A DNA stretch of 64,000 nucleotides from Lachnospiraceae bacterium (GCA_017618075.1 JAFZUY010000033.1:2822-66821), one strand, 5' to 3'. Positions 47,653-58,693 are shown, numbered from the stretch's first letter. Notes: generated by a model not told the origin, from the sequence alone. Made by a program: numbers and translations.

Positions 47653-48771
47653 ATGAAGATAAAAAAAATAAGTATTGTTTTGATATTGAGTGTAGTGGCA
47701 TTCTGTGGCTGCAATCATCAAAATGGTTCACAAATTGATAATGTAAATTCAGGAAATTATTCGGGTTTTGCATTAGAATGCGTAAGCAAATATCCTGAAT
47801 TAAATACCAAAGATGTTGCAATTGGCACTTCCCAATACGATCCGATTATTGTATCACCATACGCAAGCGATGATGTTGTCAGAGCTTTAGCACATATTAT
47901 TTATGAAAATAAAATATCGTCATATTGCTTTGGTAATTATTTATATGATAAGTATGATGATGATTTTTCAAATTATGAAAAAGTATATGAGATTATTCAA
48001 AGCAGAATTGAAGAAGACAGAGAACAGGCAGATTTGTTTATCGGGCAGCTGAAAGCGAGTATAGAAAATGATTCCGAAATAAATATTTCACCCGATGGTG
48101 AGTATTATTATTTGCTTGATATGAATAACTTTGAGGAATCTGTTGATGCAATTCAGGCGTCTGTAGACAGACAGGCAGAGTTATTTGACTTTGATATGAC
48201 GTTTTATTGTGAATACTATTTTAGTTACGACGGCAGGACATTTATCGGAGGATACCGCGGTCCGATGTATTCGGTTTATTTGGATAGTTTTTCACCGGAA
48301 AATAAAATATACGAATACTATTACTGGAAAGCAAAGAATGAATGGGTGAAAATTTATACGGACTTGTATATTTCACAAATATATGATTATACAAAAATAA
48401 GCGAAAAACTTGATGTAAATTCAGATTACGTTAAGCGGTTGAACTGCTGGTCAAATTTTTATGACAGTCAGCCTGATATCGGTTTATATGAGATTGATTT
48501 TACATACAGTATGTTTACCGATGATTTTGATTTGTCGGAAGCCGTAGAGCTTGCATACGAAGTATATACCAATGTTCGCGGTGCAAATGCCGAATACAAT
48601 ACAAATGAAATATGCGGTATGCGCATAGATATCAATAATTTTACGGGATATAACAAGGAATACAATCGAATATTTGTATTTATTCCGTTTGATGAAGAAT
48701 ACACGCCGGAAGAGCTAAAGATAATCTTAGAGGATAATATCGAAAAAAAATTCGATGGTGAACCGGTGTAA
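47653..48771 (+). CDS. Hypothetical Tyr/Asp-rich lipoprotein
   Basis: Signal peptide ending FCGC; visibly AT-richer than its neighbours. Confidence 0.7.
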   Translation: MKIKKISIVLILSVVAFCGCNHQNGSQIDNVNSGNYSGFALECVSKYPELNTKDVAIGTSQYDPIIVSPYASDDVVRALAHIIYENKISSYCFGNYLYDKYDDDFSNYEKVYEIIQSRIEEDREQADLFIGQLKASIENDSEINISPDGEYYYLLDMNNFEESVDAIQASVDRQAELFDFDMTFYCEYYFSYDGRTFIGGYRGPMYSVYLDSFSPENKIYEYYYWKAKNEWVKIYTDLYISQIYDYTKISEKLDVNSDYVKRLNCWSNFYDSQPDIGLYEIDFTYSMFTDDFDLSEAVELAYEVYTNVRGANAEYNTNEICGMRIDINNFTGYNKEYNRIFVFIPFDEEYTPEELKIILEDNIEKKFDGEPV

Positions 48772-48841
48772 ATACAGCCGTAAATATCCTGAACTTATGT
48801 GATATAATTAACTGAATTATTTTTGACAAAGGCATGAATTC

Positions 48842-49555
48842 ATGAACAGTTTCAGAAAAGGTTTTACAGATGGAATACCTATTGGCCTGGGATATTTGGC
48901 AGTATCCTTTTCTTTTGGCATACTGGCGGTTGCGGGCGGGCTTAATGTCTGGCAGGCAACTCTTATTTCGATGACCAATTTAACGAGCGCGGGACAGTTT
49001 GCCGGCCTTACGATAATGATCTCGGGCGGAAGCATAGTGGAAATGATAATATCGCAGTTCATCATCAATCTTCGGTATTCTCTGATGTCGATATCTCTTT
49101 CCCAGCATATAGATAAAAGCATGAAACTTCCGCAGAAGCTTTTCTTCGGAGAGTTTCATACGGATGAAATATTTGCGGTTTCAATGGGGCGTCCGGAGAA
49201 ACTTTCAAAGGCATATTTCTTAGGAGTTATCATAGCACCTTACATAGGCTGGTCTTTGGGAACATTTCTCGGAGCAGTCTGCGGTGAAATTCTTCCCGCA
49301 ATGATAGTCAGTGCGCTCGGCGTGGCGTTATACGGTATGTTTATCGCCATAGTTGTTCCGCCTATGAAGCATTCGTGGAAGATGAGCATAGTGGTTTTGA
49401 TTGCAATAATTTTGTCGGTATGCTTTGCATATGTTCCGGGACTTAAGAATGTTTCTTCGGGATTTGCGGTAATTATTTGTGCGGTAGTTGCATCGCTTTT
49501 CGGGGCTCTGGTATTTCCCATAAAAGAAGAAAATAAAAAAAGCGCAGAAGCATAG
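48842..49555 (+). CDS. azlC: AzlC family branched-chain amino acid exporter
   Basis: PIGLGYLAVSFSFG, AGQF, INLRY and TDEIFA. Confidence 0.9.
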   Translation: MNSFRKGFTDGIPIGLGYLAVSFSFGILAVAGGLNVWQATLISMTNLTSAGQFAGLTIMISGGSIVEMIISQFIINLRYSLMSISLSQHIDKSMKLPQKLFFGEFHTDEIFAVSMGRPEKLSKAYFLGVIIAPYIGWSLGTFLGAVCGEILPAMIVSALGVALYGMFIAIVVPPMKHSWKMSIVVLIAIILSVCFAYVPGLKNVSSGFAVIICAVVASLFGALVFPIKEENKKSAEA

Positions 49556-49611
49556 CAATAAATATTTTTTATAAGAAACAGATTTAATAAATTCGAATGG
49601 TTGTTTAAATA

Positions 49612-49932
49612 ATGGATTGGCTGATTTTCTTTAAATACCTCATACTGATGGCAGGAGTGACATATCTTATCAGAGTGTTGCCCTACGTTTTTATGAGAAA
49701 AGAAGTGAATAACAGATTTTTCAAGTCGTTTTTATCGTATATTCCGTATACGGTTTTAGCCGCGATGACTTTCCCTGCCATCCTGCATGCAACGGATAAT
49801 ATTTACAGCGCACTCGCGGGACTTTTAGTAGGCATAGTAGTAGCGCTCTTCGAAAAAGGACTTTTGGTCGTTGCGCTTTCATCCTGCGTGGCAGTGCTTC
49901 TCATAGAAGTACTTCAGAAATTTGTTTTTTAA
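49612..49932 (+). CDS. azlD: AzlD domain protein
   Basis: VTYLIRVLP..FLSYIPY.VLAA; downstream of azlC. Confidence 0.88.
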   Translation: MDWLIFFKYLILMAGVTYLIRVLPYVFMRKEVNNRFFKSFLSYIPYTVLAAMTFPAILHATDNIYSALAGLLVGIVVALFEKGLLVVALSSCVAVLLIEVLQKFVF

Positions 49933-49988
49933 TGCTATAATAATTCACGTACAGAGGAAGATAGTCTTATTTCTTTTAGGAGCAAAAC

Positions 49989-50750
49989 ATGGAAAGAGTT
50001 GAAAATACTTTAGACAGAGAAAAACTTACCAAGGCCATGAACGGCTGTATCGAATGGATCAGAGAGTTTTTTGAGGAAAACGGCAAAGGCTGTAATGCGG
50101 TACTGGGTATTTCAGGCGGCAAAGATTCATCGGTTGTTGCGGCGCTTTTGGTTGAGGCGCTTGGAAAAGAACGTGTAATCGGAGTTTTGATGCCTAATGG
50201 TGAACAGGCTGATATCGACATGGCAAAGCTTCTGGTAAATCACCTTGGCATCAAGCATTATGTAGTTAATATAAAAGAAGCATATGACGGAATTATCAAT
50301 GCGTTTCCCGAAAACCTTGAGCTGTCCAATCAGACTAAAATAAACCTGGCTCCGCGTATCAGAATGAGCACTGTTTATGCGGTTTCACAGAGTGTGAACG
50401 GAAGAGTAGCAAATACCTGCAACCTCTCTGAAGACTGGGTCGGATATTCGACCAGATACGGCGATTCCGTAGGCGATTTTTCACCCTGCTCACATTTCAC
50501 CGTTCAGGAAGTAAAGGAAATCGGACGTATTTTAGGACTTCCCGAAGTGCTTATCGAAAAAGCTCCGAGCGACGGACTCTGTGGCAAGACTGATGAAGAC
50601 AATCTCGGTTTTACATATGCTGTTCTTGATAAATACATAAGAACCGGCGAAATCGATGACGAGGAAACAAAGAAGTTAATCGACCGCAAGCACAAAATGA
50701 ATTTGTTTAAGCTTGAGGTTATGCCTGCATACGAACCCAAGTGGGATTAA
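49989..50750 (+). CDS. nadE: NH3-dependent NAD+ synthetase
   Basis: LGISGGKDS, RIRM, GYSTRYGD and KAPSDGL..TDE. Confidence 0.95.
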   Translation: MERVENTLDREKLTKAMNGCIEWIREFFEENGKGCNAVLGISGGKDSSVVAALLVEALGKERVIGVLMPNGEQADIDMAKLLVNHLGIKHYVVNIKEAYDGIINAFPENLELSNQTKINLAPRIRMSTVYAVSQSVNGRVANTCNLSEDWVGYSTRYGDSVGDFSPCSHFTVQEVKEIGRILGLPEVLIEKAPSDGLCGKTDEDNLGFTYAVLDKYIRTGEIDDEETKKLIDRKHKMNLFKLEVMPAYEPKWD

Positions 50751-50765
50751 AGAAAAGGGAACAAT

Positions 50766-51539
50766 ATGAACACAGGATATGTCAATTTAAAACAACAGGT
50801 TACAGAGTTAATCGGATACATAAGAAGCCTGCTTTATCCGGAAATCTTCGGTGAAATGGGCTATAAATCCACCGAAGCTTTAAAGTCTGAAGCACATTCA
50901 GCACTTTGCGATATGCTTGCTACTGTTTGCGATGAGTATACCAATATCGAATATCTTGCGGATAAATTTTTTGAAAAGCTTCCCGATATAAAAGAGTTGC
51001 TCGACACGGACGTACAGGCAGCTTATGAAGGAGATCCGGCAGCCAAATCCACCAAGGAAGTAATGCTCGCATATCCCGCATTTGAAGCTATAAGCATTTT
51101 CAGAATCGCGCATGAATTATATGAGCAGAACATACCCATCCTGCCCAGAATGATGACTGAGTATGCCCACAGAACGACAGGTATAGACATTCACCCCGGC
51201 GCAACTGTCGGACCGTACTTTTTCATCGACCACGGAACAGGTGTGGTTATCGGCGAGACGACCACCATCGGTGAGCGCGTTAAACTTTATCAGGGCGTTA
51301 CGCTCGGTGCGAAGAGTTTTGCGGTTAATCCCGACGGAACCCTCGTAAAAGGTATCAAGCGTCATCCCGACATCGGAAATAATGTAGTCATTTACGCGGG
51401 TGCAACAATTCTCGGCGGCAATACACAAATCGGAGATAATTGTGTAATCGGAGGTAATGTCTGGCTTACACATTCCGTAGATGCCGGCAGCACCGTTCTC
51501 GCAGCTCATGAGCGAAATGAAATAATCGCGAAAGAATAA
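50766..51539 (+). CDS. cysE: Serine O-acetyltransferase (EpsC/CysE type)
   Basis: [26 protein letters not shown] and KRHP. Confidence 0.92.
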   Translation: MNTGYVNLKQQVTELIGYIRSLLYPEIFGEMGYKSTEALKSEAHSALCDMLATVCDEYTNIEYLADKFFEKLPDIKELLDTDVQAAYEGDPAAKSTKEVMLAYPAFEAISIFRIAHELYEQNIPILPRMMTEYAHRTTGIDIHPGATVGPYFFIDHGTGVVIGETTTIGERVKLYQGVTLGAKSFAVNPDGTLVKGIKRHPDIGNNVVIYAGATILGGNTQIGDNCVIGGNVWLTHSVDAGSTVLAAHERNEIIAKE

Positions 51540-51595
51540 TAACTATTGACATAGAGCGTTATATAGAGTAATTTATATATGATAAAAAAATAAGT

Positions 51596-51692
51596 CTCTT
51601 ATTCAGAGTGGTGGAGGTACATAGGACCTGTGAAGCCACGGCAACCCCTGTAAGGAAGGTGCCAACCTGAGCGAGCAATCGAACAATAAGAG
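51596..51692 (+). ncRNA. SAM-I (S-box) riboswitch
   Basis: ctcttattcagag..gcaacc..ggtgccaa..aataagag consensus with P1 pairing; upstream of metK and downstream of TTGACA (51546). Confidence 0.95.
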
Positions 51693-51714
51693 GACTATGG
51701 TATATGGTTTAAAT

Positions 51715-51749
51715 GCCCGGTCCTTTTAAGGAGCGGGCTTATTCATTTA
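51715..51749 (+). terminator. SAM riboswitch expression-platform terminator
   Basis: gcccggtcctt-tt-aaggagcgggc plus a T-rich tail. Confidence 0.75.
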
Positions 51750-51800
51750 TTACGGGTAAAAATCCGTGTATCGTTGTTGGAAAATAAAAAGGAGAACAAT

Positions 51801-52988
51801 ATGGAAAGAAAAATTTTCACTTCAGAATCGGTTACCGAAGGCCATCCCGACAAAGTCTGCGATGCGGTTTCGGATGCGATTCTTGATGCATGCATGGCAG
51901 CTGATCCGATGAGCCGTGTAGCATGTGAGACAACAGTTTGTACAGGTTTCGTACTTGTTACGGGCGAGATTACAACAAAGGCTGTTTTAGACTATCAGAA
52001 GATAGTCAGAGAAACAGTTAATGAAATCGGTTACAATGATGCAAAGACCGGTTTTGACGGAAACACATGTGCAGTATTCGTAGCAATGGATACACAGTCT
52101 GCAGATATCGCTATGGGCGTTGACAAAGCGCTTGAAGCAAGAAATGCAGAGATGAGCGATGCCGAGATTGAAGCAATCGGTGCAGGCGATCAGGGTATGA
52201 TGTTCGGTTACGCTACAAACGAGACCGAAGAATACATGCCTTATCCCATTTACTATGCACACAAGCTTTGCCGTCAGCTTACCAAAGTTCGTAAGGACGG
52301 AACACTTAAATATCTTCGTCCCGACGGAAAGAGCCAGGTTTCTGTAGAATATGATGATAACGGCAAGCCCGTAAGATTTGATGCTGTAGTTTTATCAACC
52401 CAGCATGATGAGGATGTAACTCAGGAACAGATTCATGCAGACATCAAGAAGTATGTATTTGACGAAGTTCTTCCTAAGGAAATGGTTGATGAAAACACCA
52501 AATATTTTATCAATCCCACAGGACGTTTTGTAATCGGAGGACCTCACGGTGATGCAGGTCTTACGGGACGTAAAATCATCGTTGATACCTACGGCGGATA
52601 CGCTCGTCACGGCGGCGGAGCATTCTCCGGCAAAGACTGCACCAAGGTAGACAGAAGTGCGGCATATGCAGCAAGATACGTTGCTAAAAACATCGTTGCT
52701 GCAGGTCTTGCGGACAAGTGCGAAATTCAGCTTTCCTACGCTATCGGCGTTGCAAAGCCCACATCCATTTATGTGGATACATTCGGCACAGGCAAGATTG
52801 CAGACGAAAGAATAGTTGAAATCGTGAGAGAAAACTTCGACCTTCGTCCTGCAGGAATCATCAAGATGCTTGATTTGAGAAGACCTATCTACAAGCAGAC
52901 CGCAGCATACGGACACTTCGGAAGAAACGATTTAAATCTTCCATGGGAGCAGCTTGACAAGGTTGACGTTTTAAAGAAATATTTATAA
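51801..52988 (+). CDS. metK: S-adenosylmethionine synthetase
   Basis: [19 protein letters not shown] and GGGAFSGKD. Confidence 0.98.
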   Translation: MERKIFTSESVTEGHPDKVCDAVSDAILDACMAADPMSRVACETTVCTGFVLVTGEITTKAVLDYQKIVRETVNEIGYNDAKTGFDGNTCAVFVAMDTQSADIAMGVDKALEARNAEMSDAEIEAIGAGDQGMMFGYATNETEEYMPYPIYYAHKLCRQLTKVRKDGTLKYLRPDGKSQVSVEYDDNGKPVRFDAVVLSTQHDEDVTQEQIHADIKKYVFDEVLPKEMVDENTKYFINPTGRFVIGGPHGDAGLTGRKIIVDTYGGYARHGGGAFSGKDCTKVDRSAAYAARYVAKNIVAAGLADKCEIQLSYAIGVAKPTSIYVDTFGTGKIADERIVEIVRENFDLRPAGIIKMLDLRRPIYKQTAAYGHFGRNDLNLPWEQLDKVDVLKKYL

Positions 52989-52995
52989 GATAGTG

Positions 52996-53026
52996 AATGG
53001 ATGTTTCGATTATGAAACATCCATTT
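52996..53026 (+). terminator. Hairpin/terminator after metK
   Basis: aatggatgtttc-gattat-gaaacatccattt. Confidence 0.65.
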
Positions 53027-53051
53027 ATTAATTTTACGATGGGAAAAGAAT

Positions 53052-53495
53052 ATGAAAGTCAGAATTAAAAAATTATCCGAAAATGCAGTTGTTCCGACAT
53101 ACGGAACAGACTTTGCGGCAGGCGCCGATCTTTATGCATGTATTGAAGAACCTGTTTCAATCGGCTGTGGCGAGACCAAAATGATTGGTACGGGCATTGC
53201 AATGGAAATTCCTACAGGTTATGTCGGACTTGTATTTGCACGCTCCGGTCTTGCATGTAAAAAAGGCCTTGCTCCCGCAAATAAAGTCGGCGTTATCGAT
53301 AGCGATTACAGAGGAGAAATAAAAGTAGCGCTTCACAACCACAACGGTTCAGGCGATGCGCTCGCAATCGAGAACGGTGAGAGAATAGCACAGATTGCCA
53401 TCGTGCCTTATCTTAAGGCTGATTTTGAGGTTGTGGAAAATCTTGAAGACACCGAAAGAGGCGAGGGCGGATTCGGATCGACGGGAAAATTTTAG
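53052..53495 (+). CDS. dut: dUTP diphosphatase
   Basis: AGADL, RSGL, GVIDSDYRGE, RIAQ and RGEGGFGSTG. Confidence 0.97.
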   Translation: MKVRIKKLSENAVVPTYGTDFAAGADLYACIEEPVSIGCGETKMIGTGIAMEIPTGYVGLVFARSGLACKKGLAPANKVGVIDSDYRGEIKVALHNHNGSGDALAIENGERIAQIAIVPYLKADFEVVENLEDTERGEGGFGSTGKF

Positions 53496-53525
53496 GAGCC
53501 GGACACGCTACGTGAGTCAGGCACC

Positions 53526-54428
53526 TTATTCGACACCGGTATAATCAAACTCCGGTATAAAAGATTCAGAGGCGGTATCGCCTTCCTGAAAATATGCGTT
53601 TTTGATATCAAGTGAGAGTACATAGTCTAAAAGACGTTCGTACTCTCTTTTTGTTACTTTTCTAAGAAGGGCGGGATATTGTTCGCCTGCTTCTTTTAGG
53701 GACGCTGTATCAAGCGGAGTGTACTGGTTCATCAGAGAAATATAAACAGAATCGCCGAAGGTTTCATGAAGATATGAAACTACGTTTTTGGCGTTTTTAA
53801 CGCCACCAGGAAGTAATAGATGTCTTACGATGACACCTTTCTTCATGATTCCGCGCGAGTCGAATAAAGGCTCACCTACCTGACGATACATTTCGGCTAT
53901 TGCGGCTTTGGCTACTTCGGGGTAATTTGCAGCCTTTGAGTAGTTTAAAGCCATGTCTTCGTCAAAGTATTTAAAATCAGGCAGATATACATCAACGAGA
54001 CCTTCTAACATTTTAAGAGTCTCGGGAAGTTCGTATGCGGAAGAATTATAGACTATCGGAAGCAAAAGGCCTTTTTCCTTTGCAAGGATAATGGCCTTTT
54101 TTATCTGCGGTACGAAGTGTGAGGGTGTGACGAGATTGATATTATTTGCGCCCTGTGATTCAAGCGATAAGAAAATATCTGCGAGCTTTTCAACCGAGAC
54201 TTCTTTACCGATTAAGCCTCTTGAAATCTTTTCGTTCTGGCAGAACACACATTTTAGATTACAGCCTGAAAAGAATACCGCACCACTGCCTTCTTTGCCA
54301 CTAATGGAAGGTTCCTCATAAAAATGCAAAGCAGCCCTTGCAAGCATTACGGAATCGTTAACATTGCAAAAGCCCTTTTTTACTGAGCGGTCGATATTAC
54401 ATTGTCTCGGACAGAGTGAACAAATCAT
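53526..54428 (-). CDS. Radical SAM protein (PflX-like)
   Basis: CSLCPRQC, CNLKCVFCQN (CxxxCxxC), NINLVTP and VRHLLLPG. Confidence 0.9.
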   Translation of the reverse strand: MICSLCPRQCNIDRSVKKGFCNVNDSVMLARAALHFYEEPSISGKEGSGAVFFSGCNLKCVFCQNEKISRGLIGKEVSVEKLADIFLSLESQGANNINLVTPSHFVPQIKKAIILAKEKGLLLPIVYNSSAYELPETLKMLEGLVDVYLPDFKYFDEDMALNYSKAANYPEVAKAAIAEMYRQVGEPLFDSRGIMKKGVIVRHLLLPGGVKNAKNVVSYLHETFGDSVYISLMNQYTPLDTASLKEAGEQYPALLRKVTKREYERLLDYVLSLDIKNAYFQEGDTASESFIPEFDYTGVE

Positions 54429-54434
54429 AACATT

Positions 54435-54468
54435 AAAAAAAGTGCCGGAAACCCTGAGGTTCCGGCAC
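54435..54468 (-). terminator. Intrinsic terminator after rubrerythrin
   Basis: gtgccggaa..ttccggcac stem with T7 on the minus strand. Confidence 0.85.
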
Positions 54469-54478
54469 AGTGATTATC

Positions 54479-55018
54479 TTATTTGAAATATCTTTCGTAA
54501 AGTCCCTTGAAAGCTTTGCCGTGTCTTGCTTCGTCACGAGCCATTTCATGAACTGTATCATGGATTGCATCGAGGTTTAATGCTTTTGCACGCTTAGCAA
54601 GATCTGTTTTTCCTGCTGTAGCGCCGTTTTCTGCTTCGATTCTCATCTCGAGATTCTTCTTGGTAGAGTCTGTTAAAACTTCGCCGAGAAGCTCTGCGAA
54701 TTTGGCAGCATGTTCAGCCTCTTCAAAAGCTGCTTTCTCCCAGTATAAACCAACTTCGGGATAGCCTTCTCTGAAAGCTACTCTGGACATAGCAAGATAC
54801 ATACCTACTTCCGAGCATTCGCCGTTGAAGTTAGCTCTTAAATCGTTTTTGATATCTTCGGGAGCATCACTTGCTACACCTACTACATGCTCTGCAGCCC
54901 AGGACATTTCCTCGGACATGGGAGCAAATTTGGAAGCGGGAGCGCCGCAAACGGGACATTTTTCGGGAATGGGATCACCTTCGTGAACATATCCGCAAAC
55001 CTGACATACGTACTTCAT
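54479..55018 (-). CDS. rbr: Reverse rubrerythrin (NADH peroxidase)
   Basis: N-terminal rubredoxin CQVCG..CPVCG; diiron EAEHA and DEARH. Confidence 0.93.
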   Translation of the reverse strand: MKYVCQVCGYVHEGDPIPEKCPVCGAPASKFAPMSEEMSWAAEHVVGVASDAPEDIKNDLRANFNGECSEVGMYLAMSRVAFREGYPEVGLYWEKAAFEEAEHAAKFAELLGEVLTDSTKKNLEMRIEAENGATAGKTDLAKRAKALNLDAIHDTVHEMARDEARHGKAFKGLYERYFK

Positions 55019-55071
55019 ATTACATAACCCTCCTTTTGAGTATTTTTATTTTTAGGTCGACATTTATTATA

Positions 55072-55683
55072 TCATATACGGTGCTTCTTTGTAAAAGAAG
55101 AACGTATACCGATTTCCTCTTTTTTGATGATTTTTTTGAAATTCGGAATGTGCTTTAGTAAAATGCACAGACTTCCGATGGCAAGTATAAGCGGATATAT
55201 AATATTGTGTGTGTAAATTCCAACGAAAACGGGGAATGCTATAAGCATTGTAAGTGTTGCAATAACGATGTAATCCGTAGCAAAAGTGATGATAATTACA
55301 AGTATGCCTGCAACTACAAATGCAATCGGATTATATCCTAAAATACAGCCCATCAGCGTTGCGAAACCTTTTCCGCCTTTAAATTTAAGATAGAACGGGA
55401 AAATATGTCCGATGATGGCCATTGACGCAACTATGTAGGGAAGATATTCATAATCCTTAAAAAACATTCTGGCTATGAAAACGACTATGAAGCCTTTAAA
55501 TATATCCACAGCACCCACCAGGACACCCCATTTCCAGCCCAAAGTAAGGGTTGTGTTCGACGCGCCGAGGTTACCGGTGCCACCGTTTCTTATATCTTTT
55601 TTCAGTATTTTTGAAAGGAAAAACGCAGTGCTGAAACTGCCGATAAGATATGCAATTAAAGCGCCTAAAATGTATACGTACAT
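55072..55683 (-). CDS. plsY: Glycerol-3-phosphate acyltransferase
   Basis: DIR.GGTGNLGASN, DIFKG, GHIFP..FKGGKG and KH..N. Confidence 0.92.
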   Translation of the reverse strand: MYVYILGALIAYLIGSFSTAFFLSKILKKDIRNGGTGNLGASNTTLTLGWKWGVLVGAVDIFKGFIVVFIARMFFKDYEYLPYIVASMAIIGHIFPFYLKFKGGKGFATLMGCILGYNPIAFVVAGILVIIITFATDYIVIATLTMLIAFPVFVGIYTHNIIYPLILAIGSLCILLKHIPNFKKIIKKEEIGIRSSFTKKHRI

Positions 55684-55851
55684 AGCTTCTCCGAATAATG
55701 TATTTTATCTTGTTAATAGTACAATTTTTCTGCGGAAAATTCAATAATATAAAATTATTTCCAAAAGCCTCATAAATGTTGTATACTTGATTTTGAGCGT
55801 GGAGAAAATCTTTTCCCGCGCCGGATAAAAGGTGTAAAAGGAATATTAAAA

Positions 55852-57135
55852 ATGAAATTAAATTACAAGAGAACGATACTTGCCGGCCTGGCATTTATGT
55901 CGATATCCGGTTTCTGGGGTATGTACGACGCGGTAACTCCGTTAATCCTAAAAGATTCGTTTCATTTAAACGAAGTTTTAAACGGTGTCGTAATGGCAAT
56001 GGATAATGTGTTTGCAATCATCCTTCTTCCGCTTTTCGGAATATGGTCCGATAAAACAAACACGAAATTCGGTAAAAGAATGCCTTTTATCGCAGTCGGA
56101 ACACTTCTTGCGGTAATCGCAATGTTTTTTATGCCTTTCGCAGACAATGCGAGAAACCTTGTATTGTTCCTTATTTCAACGGGTGCGGTTCTTCTTTCGA
56201 TGTCTTTTTACAGATCTCCCGCAGTTGCTCTTATGCCCGACATAACCCCGAGAGAATTAAGAAGTAAAGGTAATGCCGTAATCATGCTTATGGGTACGGC
56301 AGGCGTTATCTATTCAATGATAATGATTAAATTCCTCGTAAAAACTCCCGAAGGCGCCGAGACACCCAACTATATGCCTCTTTTCTTATCCATGATGATC
56401 TTTATGTTTGTAAGTACGGTAGTTCTTATATTAACCGTTCCCGAAAACAAATGGTCAAAAGAAGTTAAGGATAACGAAACTCCTGAAGAAAAGGCTGAAA
56501 ATCAGAATTCGGGAAAGAAGATTTCGAAGGCAAAATTAAAGAGTTTAATCTTTATCCTGTTCTCCGTATTTTTCTGGTACATGTCATATAATGCGGTAAA
56601 TACAGCTTTCTCAAGATACTCGACTCAGGTCCTCGGATTAAAGGACGGAAGTTATGCCACATACATGCTTGTTGCTACCGTTATCGCGGTAATAAGTTAC
56701 CTTCCCATCGGTATTATTTCAAGCAAACTCGGACGTAAAAAAGTTATTATGGCCGGTGTAGTCGGTCTTGCTTCCGCATTCTTTATCTGTACATTTGTAA
56801 ACGGCGGCGGAGTACTTTTATACATACTCTTTGGTATCGTCGGAATTTCCTGGGGCGCAATCAATGTCAATTCATTCCCGATGGCCGTTGAAATCGCATC
56901 AGACGGTGACGAGGGAAGATATACCGGATACTACTACACATTCTCAATGGCAGCGCAGGTACTTACACCTGTTCTTTCCGGCGTATTCCTTCAGTATGTT
57001 TCATACAGAGCGCTCTTCCCTTACGGTGTTTTCTTTGCAGCGCTTGCATTCTTCACAATGTCGCAGGTTAAACACGGCGATATCGTGACCGGTCAGAAGA
57101 AGTCTCTTCTTGAGCACTTTGATGTTGACGACTAA
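55852..57135 (+). CDS. MFS transporter (sugar/GPH-like)
   Basis: 12 TM; WSDKTNTKFGKRMPF and ALMPDITP. Confidence 0.9.
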   Translation: MKLNYKRTILAGLAFMSISGFWGMYDAVTPLILKDSFHLNEVLNGVVMAMDNVFAIILLPLFGIWSDKTNTKFGKRMPFIAVGTLLAVIAMFFMPFADNARNLVLFLISTGAVLLSMSFYRSPAVALMPDITPRELRSKGNAVIMLMGTAGVIYSMIMIKFLVKTPEGAETPNYMPLFLSMMIFMFVSTVVLILTVPENKWSKEVKDNETPEEKAENQNSGKKISKAKLKSLIFILFSVFFWYMSYNAVNTAFSRYSTQVLGLKDGSYATYMLVATVIAVISYLPIGIISSKLGRKKVIMAGVVGLASAFFICTFVNGGGVLLYILFGIVGISWGAINVNSFPMAVEIASDGDEGRYTGYYYTFSMAAQVLTPVLSGVFLQYVSYRALFPYGVFFAALAFFTMSQVKHGDIVTGQKKSLLEHFDVDD

Positions 57136-57159
57136 TTCTTTTATGAGAGTAACCGATAA

Positions 57160-57786
57160 ATGAGTTTCTTAGATTCTTTTAATAATACATATTCATATGA
57201 TGACCTGGTTGTATGGGCCTTCTTTGCCATGTACGGCATGTTCTGGCTTATCTTTGCACTGGGAGTAATTATTCATCATTTTTTTATGGCAGTGCCTTTG
57301 TACATTATGGCCGACAAGGCAGGATACGCGTATCCTTTCTTAGCGTTCATTCCTTTTGCCAACTATTATCTGATGCATATACTTCCGATAAAGGAATACA
57401 ATTTCATAGGATTGTTTAAAACCTATGAGCGAAAACACGGATTCCTGCTATATATGCTGATTAAATGGATTGCACCTTTTGCAATTGGGACAGTGGGCTC
57501 GGTTTTTTCAATCATTCCCCTGCTTGGTTATCTTGTTGCACTTGTTCTTCAACTCGTAAATCTTACTGCTATTGTGGCAGGATATATCGCAAAAGCCATA
57601 GTGATGATTGATCTTATGGATTTATATATGAAAAAAGATGAAAAGGGACTTGCGATTTTCCTTGGAATAGTCAGTCTCTTTGCTCCGATTGTATTCCCGA
57701 TTACATGCATTGTTTTATGCACCAAGGAACCGGAATTCGGATACGGAAATTATTATTATCCGGTGAATCTTCAGACTATGGAATAA
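57160..57786 (+). CDS. Hypothetical membrane protein
   Basis: LYIMADKAG..AFIPFANYY motif; about 5 TM. Confidence 0.72.
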   Translation: MSFLDSFNNTYSYDDLVVWAFFAMYGMFWLIFALGVIIHHFFMAVPLYIMADKAGYAYPFLAFIPFANYYLMHILPIKEYNFIGLFKTYERKHGFLLYMLIKWIAPFAIGTVGSVFSIIPLLGYLVALVLQLVNLTAIVAGYIAKAIVMIDLMDLYMKKDEKGLAIFLGIVSLFAPIVFPITCIVLCTKEPEFGYGNYYYPVNLQTME

Positions 57787-57791
57787 ATCAT

Positions 57792-57823
57792 AAAAGAGAG
57801 GCCTTGCGACCTCTCTTGTTTTT
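57792..57823. terminator. Bidirectional terminator
   Basis: aagagagg..cctctctt flanked by A and T runs, between convergent genes. Confidence 0.7.
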
Positions 57824-58439
57824 ATTTGTTCAGTTCTTCAACCAGACCTTCCAGATCCCTGCATGCTTTTTCGTATCCTTCGAATACAAAACCGTGCATT
57901 CCTGTTTTCTTTGCACCGTTTACGTTCTTTAACTTATCGTCAAAGAAAACGCATTCCTCGGCTTTAAGATTATATTTTTCAAACAGGGCATTGAAAATAT
58001 CTTCGCTCGGTTTTAAAAGATGCACTCTTGATGAAACGATCTTTCCGTCTATATAAGGATAGAAGGGGAAGAGTCCGCGACTTACACTTTCATTGAAAGT
58101 TGAGTCGGGATAGTTGGTACAAAGGAATACCTTAAAGCCCCTGCTCTTTAAATCTTTTATCCACTGTTCGCTGTAATCAAAAGGTCTGATGGTAAGTATA
58201 AGATTATCCACAAAAAGGCGGATTTCCTTTTCATACTGAGGCATTGCCTTAACAGCTAACTGAATTACTTCCTCAAAACTTAATACTCCGCGGTCCATCT
58301 CGTCCCAGAGGTCATTATTTATATAACCGTCAGCGAGTGTATCGATACATTTCTCATCGAATCCGAGCTCTTCCATCGTTGCCTTCCATGCAAAATCGAT
58401 GAGCACGTTTCCGATATCAAAAACAATATTTTTAATCAT
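57822..58439 (-). CDS. HAD family phosphatase
   Basis: FDIGNVL, TN, KP and FFDD..NV.GA motifs. Confidence 0.92.
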   Translation of the reverse strand: MIKNIVFDIGNVLIDFAWKATMEELGFDEKCIDTLADGYINNDLWDEMDRGVLSFEEVIQLAVKAMPQYEKEIRLFVDNLILTIRPFDYSEQWIKDLKSRGFKVFLCTNYPDSTFNESVSRGLFPFYPYIDGKIVSSRVHLLKPSEDIFNALFEKYNLKAEECVFFDDKLKNVNGAKKTGMHGFVFEGYEKACRDLEGLVEELNK

Positions 58440-58529
58440 AAGTACTTTAATCCGTTTCTGTTTATTTTCCCCTAAACATCCTCTTTATTATAATCTTGAA
58501 ATCGGGCTCTGTCACGAAAAACTGTTTTG

Positions 58530-58558
58530 TTGACACTGATTGGAAAATGATATATCAT
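58530..58558 (+). promoter_or_regulatory. tRNA promoter
   Basis: TTGACA, 17 nt, TATCAT. Confidence 0.7.
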
Positions 58559-58585
58559 TTATGAAGTTGCTTTATTATAACTTAT

Positions 58586-58658
58586 CGGGGTGTGGCTCAG
58601 ATGGTAGAGCGCCACGTTCGGGACGTGGAGGCCGCCCGTTCGAATCGGGTCACTCCGA
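58586..58658 (+). tRNA. tRNA-Pro(CGG)
   Basis: Cloverleaf: acceptor cggggtg/cactccg, D arm gctc/gagc, anticodon arm ccacg-ttCGGga-cgtgg, T loop gttcgaatc; CCA not encoded. Confidence 0.96.
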
Positions 58659-58693
58659 TTTTTTTTGTGCCTTAAAGGAGAAAGAAGCGGATT

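Noticed and set aside
58656-58662. tRNA lacking an encoded CCA
   Set aside because: Common in Firmicutes; CCA is added enzymatically.
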